NCBI GenBank assembly: GCA_022826705.1 | Contig: JAJDUJ010000007.1 | Coordinates: 211,134-275,133 of the forward strand | DNA from: Acidimicrobiia bacterium | Lineage (GTDB): Bacteria > Actinomycetota > Acidimicrobiia > Acidimicrobiales > Bin134 | Length of the DNA stretch: 64,000 nt | Direction of reading: 5' to 3' | In this document: one piece after another, positions 18,949 to 28,320 of the stretch | Layout: each line of letters begins with the position of its first letter | Position numbering within the stretch: position 1 is the stretch's first letter | Position numbers and translations under genes: made by a program | The notes under the pieces: generated by a model | Databases searched by the model: none | What the model saw: the letters and a program-made list of their open reading frames with translations, nothing else | What the model was told of the DNA's origin: nothing

Positions 18949-20234
18949 ACTGTGCTGTGCTCCAGGTTGCGGGCAAAGCTCGGGTAGCTCGTGTTCGTGG
19001 CCTCAAACCCCTCGACTGTCATCGAGCCGCGGCCCACTGCTCCGGCGATGGCCGCAGCCATGGCCATCCGGTGGTCTCCACGGGAGTCCACAGTACCGCT
19101 GCCCAGGGCTTCGGCGCGACCGACTCCAGTGATCGCCAGCATGTCGTCGTCGATCCGGCATCCTGCGCCGAGGACGGCCAGCATCTCGGCGATGGCCGCC
19201 ACCCGGTCGGTCTCTTTGACCCGCAGCTCACCGATGCCCTCGAAGACGGTGTCCCCTTCGGCGGCTGCGGCGGCCACGGCCAGAATGGGCACTTCGTCAA
19301 TACAGCCCGGCAGTTCTTCGGCGGTCACCCGGGTTCCCTCGAGCTCGCTGGATCGAGTCACGATGTTTCCTGTGCTCGATTCCACGGTGATGTCGGCACC
19401 CATGCGCCCCAAGACCTCGATGAACCCTCCCCGGGCTGGCCCGAGGTAGACGTTCTCTACGATGAAGTGGCTGCCGGGGGCGACGCAGGCGCCCACCACC
19501 CAGAATGCGGCCTGCGACGGATCGCCGAGTACCTCGACATCGGGGGGTTCCACCTCTCCAGGCCACACGGTCACCGAACAGGCCTCGCGCTCCAGCCTCA
19601 CTCCGGCGTCGGCCAGCATTTCCTCGGTGTGCGTCCGGGTGGGAACCGTCTCATGAACCGTGGTCGGCCCCTCAGCCCTCAGAGCGGCGAGCAGCACGGC
19701 GCTCTTCACCTGGGCCGAGGCCACCGGCAAGGTGTACTCGATACCCCGCAACGGGCGGCCCTCGATGGTCAGAGGTGCCAGCGAGCCGTTTTCGCCGCTG
19801 CCTTTGATGGACGCTCCCATCTCAGTGAGCGGGTCGATGATCCGGTCCATGGGCCGCTGGCGAATCGAGGCGTCTCCGTCCAGCGTGGTGGTGAAGTCGA
19901 AACCGGCCACCAGCCCGGCCAGAAGCCGGATGCCGGTGCCGGAATTCCCCAGGTCAATGGGGCCGCGGGCGCCGCGCACTCCCCCAGTGACGGTCACCAC
20001 GCCAGATTCCCCCACCTCCACTTGAGCGCCCAGCGCCTCAACGGCGCGGCGAGTGCGGACGACGTCGTCGCCGTTGGACAGCCCCGTTATGGTGCACGGC
20101 CGCCGGCCCAGCGCAGCGATCATCAGCGCCCGGTGGGAGATCGACTTGTCGCCCGGCACTTGGAGCCGTCCAAAGAAATTCCGGCTCCCCTCAACGGTGA
20201 TGGCGGTCACAACCGGCCCCCCGCGCCCGGACAC
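18936..20234 (-). CDS. aroA: 3-phosphoshikimate 1-carboxyvinyltransferase (EPSP synthase)
   Basis: 432 aa. PGDKSISHRALM and LGNSGTGIRLLAG motifs. Confidence 0.95.
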   Translation of the reverse strand: MSGRGGPVVTAITVEGSRNFFGRLQVPGDKSISHRALMIAALGRRPCTITGLSNGDDVVRTRRAVEALGAQVEVGESGVVTVTGGVRGARGPIDLGNSGTGIRLLAGLVAGFDFTTTLDGDASIRQRPMDRIIDPLTEMGASIKGSGENGSLAPLTIEGRPLRGIEYTLPVASAQVKSAVLLAALRAEGPTTVHETVPTRTHTEEMLADAGVRLEREACSVTVWPGEVEPPDVEVLGDPSQAAFWVVGACVAPGSHFIVENVYLGPARGGFIEVLGRMGADITVESSTGNIVTRSSELEGTRVTAEELPGCIDEVPILAVAAAAAEGDTVFEGIGELRVKETDRVAAIAEMLAVLGAGCRIDDDMLAITGVGRAEALGSGTVDSRGDHRMAMAAAIAGAVGRGSMTVEGFEATNTSYPSFARNLEHSTVWAP

Positions 20235-20247
20235 TCCCGCGGCGCAC

Positions 20248-21324
20248 TCACGACAGGGGTCTCGAAGACGGGGCGTAGCCCTGCTCCCTCAGGGCCTCCA
20301 ACAGACTCGCCATCGCCTCGTCGTCCACCACCAATATGGCCACGCCCTGGCCTCCCTCCACTGAGTGGGCGATCTCCAAGTCGTAGATGTTCACCCCGAT
20401 GTCGGTGGTCAAACTGGTTATCCGGGCCAGCTCGCCAGGACGATCGAACACCGGCACCCTGACCTCCGCCAGCGACACTTCTCGATCCAAGCCATACGGC
20501 AAGTGGGCCCGGGCATTTCGAGCCTCCTCCAACAGCTCCAACAGGCCGCTCCGATTCCCATCGGCTACCAGGGTGCGCACGTCGCCCAGTGCGGCGATGA
20601 ACCGGTCCAGCACCGAGCAGATGGCATCGGAGTTCTCCTGGCAGATATCCGGCCATATGCCGGGATGCCCGGAGGCGATGCGGGTCATGTCTCGAAATCC
20701 GCCCGCGGCCAGCCGAAGCATCGCCCGGTGCTCTTCAGAGCGCTCGTTGGCCAGCGCCATCAGGGTGGCCGCGGTGAGATGGGGAACGTGCGATACCACC
20801 GCCACCAGCGCGTCATGCCGTTCGGGGGCCAGCGACACTACGTCGGCCCCGAGCGAGGCCACTGTTGAGCGAATCTGGACCAGCGAATCGTCATCGGTCT
20901 CATCGTTCGGGGTGAGCACCCACACCGCATTCTGGAACAGGTCGGCCCGGGCGCCGGCCACTCCCTCCTGCTCACTGCCGGCCATGGGGTGACCGCCCAC
21001 AAAGCGGCGGTCGGCCACTGCGGCCACAATGGGGGCCTTCACGCTGCCCACGTCGGTGACCAGTCCATTCCCTGCGGCCAAGGCCTTGCGGGCCTCAGCC
21101 GCTGCCGACCCCACCGGGGTGGCCACGAACGTGATGTCGGCATCGGAGGGCGGTCCTACCGCGTCAAGGGCACCTCGGCGCAGCGCCTCGGCGGCCACCG
21201 CCTCGTTTTGGTCAGTGCCGGTGACCCACCACCCCCGCTCCCGCAAGGCCAAGCCGATGGAGCCTCCGATGAGGCCGGTGCCGACGATGGCTGCCCGCTG
21301 AGGGGCCTCGCCAGCAGCCATCAC
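20248..21324 (-). CDS. tyrA: prephenate dehydrogenase with C-terminal ACT-like domain
   Basis: N-terminal Rossmann motif IVGTGLIGGSIGLAL and the conserved HPMAG motif. Confidence 0.88.
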   Translation of the reverse strand: MMAAGEAPQRAAIVGTGLIGGSIGLALRERGWWVTGTDQNEAVAAEALRRGALDAVGPPSDADITFVATPVGSAAAEARKALAAGNGLVTDVGSVKAPIVAAVADRRFVGGHPMAGSEQEGVAGARADLFQNAVWVLTPNDETDDDSLVQIRSTVASLGADVVSLAPERHDALVAVVSHVPHLTAATLMALANERSEEHRAMLRLAAGGFRDMTRIASGHPGIWPDICQENSDAICSVLDRFIAALGDVRTLVADGNRSGLLELLEEARNARAHLPYGLDREVSLAEVRVPVFDRPGELARITSLTTDIGVNIYDLEIAHSVEGGQGVAILVVDDEAMASLLEALREQGYAPSSRPLS

Positions 21325-21689
21325 TCGGGAAGGTCGTCGCGCAGACCTTGTGCGCCTTCCAGGTAGATGTGGTGCAGTTCGTCACGCCCCCGCTCCGTGG
21401 TCAGATGGACCAGCACGCGCAGACACAGCGGCGTTCCATCAACGATGTCCAGTTCCTGGGCGCAGAGCAGCGGCACATCGCCGAGGCCGAATTTTCGGGC
21501 TGCGGCCGCGGGAAAGGCCGAGTTGATGTCAGAGGTGGCAGTGAAGATGATGCTGATCAAGTCATCGTGATGGATGTCGTTTCGATCGAACAGCTCGGTC
21601 AACAGCGCGATGATCCGCTCCTCGATGTGCTCGGGGAGATCGGCATCAATCGTTGTGGCACCCCGCAGGGCGCGCACGGCATTGCTCAC
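21321..21689 (-). CDS. aroH: chorismate mutase, AroH class
   Basis: 122 aa. The N-terminus VRALRGATT and overall length match monofunctional AroH-type chorismate mutase. The stop overlaps the tyrA start by 4 nt. Confidence 0.85.
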   Translation of the reverse strand: MSNAVRALRGATTIDADLPEHIEERIIALLTELFDRNDIHHDDLISIIFTATSDINSAFPAAAARKFGLGDVPLLCAQELDIVDGTPLCLRVLVHLTTERGRDELHHIYLEGAQGLRDDLPE

Positions 21690-21699
21690 GGCCAGGATT

Positions 21700-22482
21700 T
21701 TACCGGCCCGCGCTCCCGTCCCCGAACTCAGTTGACGGTTCAGTCCCGCTCCCGCCCCCGAACTCAGTCGACGGTTCAGTCCCGCTGCGTTCCAGTTCTC
21801 TGACCTCGCCCTGGGACAGCTCTCGCCACTGGCCTGGTGGAAGCTTGCGATCGACCAGCGGGCCGATCCGGGTGCGGACCAGACGGATCACAGGGTGGCC
21901 GACCGCCTCGCACATTCGCCGGACCAGCCGATTGCGGCCTTCATGAACCACGAGGCGAATGACCGACGGCTCGGGCCGCGACACCGCCTCTGCCCGGGCC
22001 TCGCCGTCCTCCAGATTCACTCCTTCCCGCAGCTGCCTCAGCGCGCCGCGGCTGGGGCGGCCCTGCACATGGGCGAGATACTCCTTGTCAACCCCGAAAG
22101 ACGGGTGGGTCAAGCGGTGGGTCAGCTCCCCATCGTTGGTAAGGAGCAGCAGGCCCTCGCTGTCGGCATCCAGGCGACCCACCGGAAAGATCCGGGGGTT
22201 GTCGGGCACCATGGCCACCACAGTGGGCCGCCCCTGGGGGTCGGATGCGGTGGCGACCACGCCCGGCGGCTTGTTCAGCAGGTAGTACACCAGATCTGCT
22301 CGTAACCCCACCGGGTTGCCGTCCACCTCCACCGTGTCGTGTTCAGGGTCGATCCGCTGGCCCAGCCGGGCGGGCTGCCCATTGACCGTGATGCGGCCCC
22401 CGGCCACCATCTCCTCTATCGCCCGACGGCTGGCCACGCCGGCTGCGGCCAAGACCTTTTGGATCCGCTCAGCCTCGCTCAC
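21700..22482 (-). CDS. rluB: pseudouridine synthase (RluB/RsuA family) with repeated acidic tail
   Basis: S4 domain (IQKVLAAAGVASRR) and catalytic motif FPVGRLDADSEGLLLLTNDG. Confidence 0.9.
   Translation of the reverse strand: MSEAERIQKVLAAAGVASRRAIEEMVAGGRITVNGQPARLGQRIDPEHDTVEVDGNPVGLRADLVYYLLNKPPGVVATASDPQGRPTVVAMVPDNPRIFPVGRLDADSEGLLLLTNDGELTHRLTHPSFGVDKEYLAHVQGRPSRGALRQLREGVNLEDGEARAEAVSRPEPSVIRLVVHEGRNRLVRRMCEAVGHPVIRLVRTRIGPLVDRKLPPGQWRELSQGEVRELERSGTEPSTEFGGGSGTEPSTEFGDGSAGR
21712..21786. repeat. 36-bp tandem duplication (2 copies, 2 mismatches) inside the rluB 3' end
   Basis: cccgaactcagtTgacggttcagtcccgct at 21721-21750 recurs at 21757-21786. It encodes GTEPSTEFGGGS / GTEPSTEFGDGS. 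Confidence 0.85.
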
Positions 22483-23105
22483 ACCGGCGGGGCATCGCCG
22501 TTTTCAGAACCCGGCTCCAGGCTAGGGCGGCTGTCGGCCATGAGACTGGTCTCCAAAGCCTCGATGACCTCGGCACCGGGCACGAAATCCACCAGCGGGG
22601 GCAGCTCGTCGATGGAGTCCAGACCCAGCCGCTCCAGGAATGCCGGGGTGGTGGCAAACAGCCGGGCCTGGCCGGGACCGGGATCCCGACCCACCTCTTC
22701 CACGAGGCCTCGCTGCTGGAGCGTGCGCATCGCCCCTTCGGCATTCACCCCTCGAATGGCCGAGACCTGGGCTCGTGACAACGGCTGCTTGTAGGCCACG
22801 ATGGCCAGAGTCTCCAGCGCGGCCGCCGACAGCCGAGCGCTCTGGCCGCTGACAACAAACCTCTTGACGTACGACTCGGCGTCGGGATGGCTGCGGAAGC
22901 GGTAGCCGCCGGCCGCCCGGACCAACTCGAAACCCCGGCCGTCAACTCGGTACTCGTCGGCCAGCTGGGTGCAGATGGCTTCTACCTGCTCGACGGGGAT
23001 CTCGATGAGCTGAGCCATGAGCCCCGGAGCGACCGGCTCCTCGGCCACCATCACGATGGCCTCAACCGCTCGGCGGGCTTCTCGGTTCTCGTCCCTCACA
23101 AGCAT
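22479..23105 (-). CDS. scpB: SMC-Scp complex subunit ScpB
   Basis: EAIVMVAEEPV...LSAAALETLAIVAYKQPLSRAQVSAIRGVN is typical ScpB. The gene lies directly downstream of scpA. Confidence 0.9.
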   Translation of the reverse strand: MLVRDENREARRAVEAIVMVAEEPVAPGLMAQLIEIPVEQVEAICTQLADEYRVDGRGFELVRAAGGYRFRSHPDAESYVKRFVVSGQSARLSAAALETLAIVAYKQPLSRAQVSAIRGVNAEGAMRTLQQRGLVEEVGRDPGPGQARLFATTPAFLERLGLDSIDELPPLVDFVPGAEVIEALETSLMADSRPSLEPGSENGDAPPV

Positions 23106-23129
23106 TCACTCCCACCAACAGCTCGGTTC

Positions 23130-23939
23130 TCATCCCTCATAGGCGTCAACTCCCACGAGCGGCTCGGTCAACTCGTTCTCGCCGCTCCACGTAATGGCAA
23201 TGCGTCCAAACGTGCTGGCCTGCGATACATCCACCAGACCGCGCTTGAAAAGCTCAAGCACGGCGAGGAAATACACCACCACTTCGATACCGGTCTCCAA
23301 GTCCTCGGTCAGCTCCCGAAAACCCACGGTGCCGATGTCGGGTAGCCGAGCCATCAGGCCAGTGGTCACTTCATCCACGCTGATGGGGATGTCGGTGATG
23401 TGAGCGATGTCTACCTGGGGCGCAGGTCGGGAGGTGGTGGCCCGCAAGAACGCAGCTCGGAGATCGTCGGGGCTCATCCCCTCCAAGAAGTCGGGCACCA
23501 GGTCGAGATAGCGCTCGTCGGGACCGGCACGGCGGGGATAGCTCCGACCGGCGACCGCAGCCGACTGCTCCAGAGCCTGAGCCGCCGCCTTGAAGGTCTG
23601 GCACTCCAGCAGGCGGGCCAGCAACAGATCGCGCTCCGACCACAGGGCCAACTCCTCGTCCAGGTCCAGCGACTCGCTGTCGGGCAGCAGGCGGCTGCTC
23701 TTCAACTGGATCAGCGTGGCAGCGATGAGCAGAAACTCGGTGGCCACATCCAAGTTGAGCCGTTCCATACGGTCTAGCTCCGCCAGATAGGCGTCCACGA
23801 TGTCGCCCACCATCACCTCGTAGAGGTCAACCTCGTCGCGCAGAATTAGGTGCAGCAGCAGATCGAGCGGGCCTTCGAATACTTCCGTACGCACCTCGAA
23901 CGGCGCCTTGAGCACCTCTGCTCTCGCCCCTGCGGTCAC
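23130..23939 (-). CDS. scpA: segregation and condensation protein A
   Basis: FEGPLDLLLHLI and the overall kleisin-like layout. Adjacent to scpB. Confidence 0.9.
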   Translation of the reverse strand: MTAGARAEVLKAPFEVRTEVFEGPLDLLLHLILRDEVDLYEVMVGDIVDAYLAELDRMERLNLDVATEFLLIAATLIQLKSSRLLPDSESLDLDEELALWSERDLLLARLLECQTFKAAAQALEQSAAVAGRSYPRRAGPDERYLDLVPDFLEGMSPDDLRAAFLRATTSRPAPQVDIAHITDIPISVDEVTTGLMARLPDIGTVGFRELTEDLETGIEVVVYFLAVLELFKRGLVDVSQASTFGRIAITWSGENELTEPLVGVDAYEG

Positions 23940-24035
23940 CCGCCAAGTGTAGGACTCGCCTTCTGCTAGTTCGGGGTTTTGGGATCAGGGCTGGCACCTA
24001 GGGATTTCGGGATCGGGGCGGGTAGTTTGACCGGC

Positions 24036-25022
24036 GTGGCTCGTGTGTTCTCAGGAATTCAGCCGTCCGGCGGCATGCACCTAGGCAACCTTTTGGGCGC
24101 GCTGCGCAACTGGGTGGCCTACCAGCACGAACACGACGCCGTGTACTGCGTAGTGGACCTCCACGCCCTTACCACCGCTCCCGATCCGGCCGAGTTACGG
24201 AACAACACCGTGGCCGCGGCCACCATGCTCATGTCGGTAGGCATCGACCCCGAGCGGTCCACGCTGTTCGTGCAGAGCTCGGTGAGCCAGCACGCCGAGC
24301 TGGCCTGGATGATGGAGTGCACTGTGGGCTTCGGGGAGCTGCGCCGCATGACCCAGTTCAAGGACAAGTCCGACCGGACTGAATTCGTGTCGGCCGGCCT
24401 GTTCACCTATCCCGCCCTCCAAGCGTCCGACATCTTGCTGTACGACACCGACTTGGTGCCGGTGGGAGACGATCAGCGCCAGCACATCGAGCTGTGCCGG
24501 GACATCGCCGAGCGGTTCAACCGCCGCTATGGCGACACCTTCACGGTCCCCGCCCACGTCATCCCTGACACAGGCGCCCGGGTCATGGACCTCCAGAACC
24601 CGGACGACAAGATGTCGAAGTCGCTGGAATCGGCCGGCACCGTCGGGGTGCTGGAGGATCCCGAGAGCGTGGTCCGCAAGTTCAAGCGGGCGGTAACCGA
24701 CAGCGACAGCGAGGTGTGCTACGACCCGGTGGCCAAGCCGGGGGTGTCCAACCTGCTCGGCATCCTGGCCGCAGCCACCGGGCAGAACCCCGTGTCGGTG
24801 GCCGACGAATACGCCCAATACGGACCGCTGAAGTCCGACACCGCCGATGCGGTGAACGAAATGCTCAATCCCATTCGGGATCGATTCGCCGAGCTGTCGT
24901 CCGACCCGGGTGAGATCACCCGAGTACTGGCCACCGGCGCCGACAAGGCCCGCACGGTGGCGGCGGCCACCCTGGAGCGGGCCAGAGTCAACGCGGGGCT
25001 GATCCCCCGCTCCCCCGCCTGA
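24036..25022 (+). CDS. trpS: tryptophan--tRNA ligase
   Basis: Class I motifs: SGIQPSGGMHLGN (HIGH-like) and KMSKS. The start is uncertain (GTG 24036, TTG 24027 or track start 23979). Confidence 0.92.
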   Translation: MARVFSGIQPSGGMHLGNLLGALRNWVAYQHEHDAVYCVVDLHALTTAPDPAELRNNTVAAATMLMSVGIDPERSTLFVQSSVSQHAELAWMMECTVGFGELRRMTQFKDKSDRTEFVSAGLFTYPALQASDILLYDTDLVPVGDDQRQHIELCRDIAERFNRRYGDTFTVPAHVIPDTGARVMDLQNPDDKMSKSLESAGTVGVLEDPESVVRKFKRAVTDSDSEVCYDPVAKPGVSNLLGILAAATGQNPVSVADEYAQYGPLKSDTADAVNEMLNPIRDRFAELSSDPGEITRVLATGADKARTVAAATLERARVNAGLIPRSPA

Positions 25023-25048
25023 TACCAAGCACCGACCTGAGGAGTCCC

Positions 25049-26179
25049 ATGTCCGAGATCACCCCGTTCACCGTCGAAATCTCCGACGCCGCATTGGAAG
25101 ACCTTCAACGCCGCTTGAGGGATGCCCGCTGGCCCGACCAGCTCCCCGACGCCGGCTGGGACTACGGGGCAGAGATGGGCTACATCCAGGAACTGGCCCG
25201 CTACTGGGCCGACGAGTACGACTGGCGGGCTGCCGAAGCCGAGCTGAACGAGTTCGACCACTTCACCACCGCCATCGACGGCCAGAACATCCACTTCATC
25301 CACCAGCGCTCCTCCCATCCCGACGCCTATCCGCTGATCATCAGCCACGGATGGCCCGGAACGGTGGTGGAGTTCCTCGACATCATCGGAATGCTCACCG
25401 AGCCCGATGACCCCGCCGATGCCTTCCATGTGATCGCCCCGTCGCTTCCTGGCTACGGCTTTTCGGGGCCGACCGCCGACCGGGGATGGGACACCGTCCG
25501 CACTGCCAAGGCATTTTCCGAGCTGATGGGACGTTTGGGATACGACCGCTACGGGGCCCAGGGGGGTGATTGGGGCTCGATGGTCTCCCAGAACATTGGG
25601 CGCTGTGACCCCGACCACTGCGAGGCCGTCCATGTGAACTTCTTGTTCGCCACGGCACCAGAGGATGGGCCCGGCGAGCTCACCGAGGCAGAGCAGGCCG
25701 GGTTGGGCCGCGCCAACCTCTATTTCACCGAGGGCGCGGGCTACATGCAGATCCAGAGCACAAAGCCCCAGACCCTGGCCTACGGCCTCACCGACTCCGC
25801 GGTCGGGCAGCTGGCCTGGATCGCCGAGAAATTCCTGGCCTGGACCGACAACGACGGCACCATCGAATCGGCGGTGAGCCGGGATCGACTCCTCACCAAC
25901 ATCTCCCTGTACTGGTTCACGGCCACCGGAGGATCGTCGGCCCGCATGTACTACGAGACGCTGCGCCCTGGTGCAGCCGGATTGGGCGGCCCTCTCAGCA
26001 CCCCTCTGGGGATGGCCAGCTTTCCCATGGAGATCATGCAGGCCCCCCGGCGCTGGTTGGAGGACAACTACAACATCGTCCACTGGTCCGACATGGCCGA
26101 GGGGGGGCACTTCGCCGCCATGGAGGAACCCGAAGCGCTGGCGCAAGACATCCGCGAGTTCTTCCGACGCTTTCGGTAG
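25049..26179 (+). CDS. epoxide hydrolase (alpha/beta fold with EH N-terminal domain)
   Basis: The N-terminus FTVEISDAALEDLQRRLRDARWPD and HGWPG oxyanion motif are characteristic of microsomal-type epoxide hydrolases. Confidence 0.85.
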   Translation: MSEITPFTVEISDAALEDLQRRLRDARWPDQLPDAGWDYGAEMGYIQELARYWADEYDWRAAEAELNEFDHFTTAIDGQNIHFIHQRSSHPDAYPLIISHGWPGTVVEFLDIIGMLTEPDDPADAFHVIAPSLPGYGFSGPTADRGWDTVRTAKAFSELMGRLGYDRYGAQGGDWGSMVSQNIGRCDPDHCEAVHVNFLFATAPEDGPGELTEAEQAGLGRANLYFTEGAGYMQIQSTKPQTLAYGLTDSAVGQLAWIAEKFLAWTDNDGTIESAVSRDRLLTNISLYWFTATGGSSARMYYETLRPGAAGLGGPLSTPLGMASFPMEIMQAPRRWLEDNYNIVHWSDMAEGGHFAAMEEPEALAQDIREFFRRFR

Positions 26180-26191
26180 TAATACATAACT

Positions 26192-27577
26192 ATGAGGATG
26201 CCGTCGCTGCCTCAGGGATTGGCCGCCAGTGCGGCCCGAGGTGCAGGACGGCTGTCCCAGAAGCTTGGACGGGGCGGAGGCACCACCATTCCCGGTCTGC
26301 TGCTGAATCGATTGCGACCGGAGGCCACCGCAGAGATGGCCCTGGCCGTCCCCCGCGGCGTGGTCCTCCTTTCGGGAACCAATGGCAAGACCACCACCGC
26401 CCGGCTGGTTCGGGCCGCACTCGACGCTTCGGGAACCCGAGTGGTGGCCAATACCGCCGGCTCCAATCTGGAGCGCGGGGTGGCCACCGCACTGCTCAAC
26501 TCCGAGGGCGCCGAATTAGCCCTGTTCGAAGTGGACGAAGCCGCTCTGCCGGGGCTGATGGCCCAGACCAGGCCTCGGGTAGTCACCCTGATGAACCTCT
26601 TCCGAGACCAGCTCGACCGCTACGGAGAGCTCGAACACTTGGTGGATCGCTGGCGGGAAGCAGTGGCCGAGCTCGACCCAGCCGCAACCGTGATCTACAA
26701 CGCCGACGATCCTGCGGTGGCCGAGATCGCTTCTGGGCACCCCAGCACTGTTTCCTACGGCATAGAGGACCCCCGGGTGGGCCGCGATCGGCTGCCGCAC
26801 GCGGCCGATACCACCGACTGCCGTCGCTGCGCCGCCCCGCTGCACTACGACATGGTCACCATCGCCCACCTCGGCCGGTGGTCATGCCCGGAATGTGAGT
26901 CGGCCCGTGACCTGCCCGATGTGAGAGCCACCCGGGTGGAGTTGCATGGCCTGGACGGCCAGCGGCTGTCCATTGCCGCTCCCCAGGGCCCGATGGAGGT
27001 GTCTCTGCGCCTGCCCGGCATGCACAATTCCTACAACGCCCTTGCTGCCACGGCGACTGCGTCGGCGCTGGCCCTGACCCCCGAGTCCATCGGCCCCGCG
27101 CTGGCCAAGCGGGAGGCCGCCTTCGGGCGGGCGGAGCGCACCCAGATGGGTTCGACGAGGGTGACCACGCTTTTGGCCAAGAACCCGGCCGGCGCCAACG
27201 AGAACATCCGAATCATGCTGCTCGAAGGCGGCCCCCTGCACTTGCTGGTGCTGCTCAACGACCGCACTGCCGACGGGCAGGACGTTTCGTGGATTTGGGA
27301 CGTGGACTACGAGCTGCTGCTGGAAAACGATCGGCTGGCGTCGCTCACGGTGAGCGGCGACCGGGCCTACGACATGGCGCTGCGATTCCGCTACGCCGGG
27401 TTCGATCCCGACCGGCTGTCGGTGGTTCCCTCGGTACCCGCCGCTCTCAACGCCGCTTTGCAGTCCAGCAGTTCCACTGGCGATCTCTACGTGCTCCCCA
27501 CCTACACCGCGCTGCTCGAGTTCCAGGCTGTGCTGGCCGACCGGGGGCTCGTCCCCTCCTTTTGGGAGGATCGATGA
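26192..27577 (+). CDS. murT: lipid II isoglutaminyl synthase, Mur-ligase-like subunit MurT
   Basis: Mur ligase P-loop GTNGKTTT, Cys-rich insert CRRC...CPEC, and a C-terminal DUF1727-like region. The gatD partner follows. Confidence 0.85.
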   Translation: MRMPSLPQGLAASAARGAGRLSQKLGRGGGTTIPGLLLNRLRPEATAEMALAVPRGVVLLSGTNGKTTTARLVRAALDASGTRVVANTAGSNLERGVATALLNSEGAELALFEVDEAALPGLMAQTRPRVVTLMNLFRDQLDRYGELEHLVDRWREAVAELDPAATVIYNADDPAVAEIASGHPSTVSYGIEDPRVGRDRLPHAADTTDCRRCAAPLHYDMVTIAHLGRWSCPECESARDLPDVRATRVELHGLDGQRLSIAAPQGPMEVSLRLPGMHNSYNALAATATASALALTPESIGPALAKREAAFGRAERTQMGSTRVTTLLAKNPAGANENIRIMLLEGGPLHLLVLLNDRTADGQDVSWIWDVDYELLLENDRLASLTVSGDRAYDMALRFRYAGFDPDRLSVVPSVPAALNAALQSSSSTGDLYVLPTYTALLEFQAVLADRGLVPSFWEDR

Positions 27578-28320
27578 GCATCGGCCAGCCCAGCGTCGGG
27601 CTTTGCCACCTGTACCCGGATCACCTGAACATCTATGCCGATCGGGGAAACATCGCTGTGTTCCAGCGCCGCCTGGAATGGCGGGCGCTGTCTCTGGAGG
27701 TGGTGGAAGTCGGGCTTGGTGATCCCATCCCCAGCGATTGCCATCTCTACTACCTGGGCGGTGGCCAAGACCGCGACCAGATGCTGGTGGCCGAGGACTT
27801 GGTCCAGAAGGCCGATCCGCTGCGCCACGCTGCCCACGACGGCGCCGTCGTGTTGGGAGTGTGCGGCGGCTATCAGCTCTTGGGCCACGGCTACTCCGGC
27901 GCCGACGGCCGGCGAATGCCCGGTATCGGGCTGTTGGACTTGGAGACCACTGCGGGAAGCAGCCGCCTCATCGGCGACGTCGTGCTGAACGTGACTCTGG
28001 GCGGTCAGACCCGCACGGTGGTCGGCTATGAGAACCACGCCGGACGCACCCATCTAGGCGGGGGATGTACGCCGCTTGGCCACGTACGCCGGGGACACGG
28101 CAACAACGGGGACGACCGTTGTGAGGGGGCGGTGGCCGGTCGGCGCCTCGGCACGTACCTGCACGGACCGCTCCTGCCCAAGAATCCCTGGCTGGCCGAT
28201 ACTCTGCTGGGCTGGGCTCTGGAGCACGCCGGCTTTGGGGTGGACTTGGAGCCTCTGGACGACGATCTTGAAGCGGCGGCCCACGGAACGGCCGCTACCA
28301 GAGCAGGACGAAAGCGATGA
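27574..28320 (+). CDS. gatD: lipid II isoglutaminyl synthase glutaminase subunit GatD (CobQ-type amidotransferase)
   Basis: ATG at 27574 overlaps the murT stop (ATGA). Nucleophile motif GVCGGYQLLG and YLHGPLLPKNP. Confidence 0.85.
   Translation: MSIGQPSVGLCHLYPDHLNIYADRGNIAVFQRRLEWRALSLEVVEVGLGDPIPSDCHLYYLGGGQDRDQMLVAEDLVQKADPLRHAAHDGAVVLGVCGGYQLLGHGYSGADGRRMPGIGLLDLETTAGSSRLIGDVVLNVTLGGQTRTVVGYENHAGRTHLGGGCTPLGHVRRGHGNNGDDRCEGAVAGRRLGTYLHGPLLPKNPWLADTLLGWALEHAGFGVDLEPLDDDLEAAAHGTAATRAGRKR

Noticed and set aside
18957-20462. 501-aa plus-strand ORF antisense to aroA/tyrA. The same class includes 24719..26146, 28026..29135, 35152..36864, 43030.., 52791..54407 and 59050..60195
   Set aside because: These are antisense shadow ORFs typical of GC-rich genomes. 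Each lies opposite a gene with clear family motifs, and each has low-complexity Arg/Gly/Pro-rich translations.
23940-24035. T-box or other leader upstream of trpS (several GGGAT(C/T) direct repeats)
   Set aside because: At about 95 nt the region is too short for a T-box. No specifier or antiterminator architecture is visible. The repeats are short and could arise by chance.
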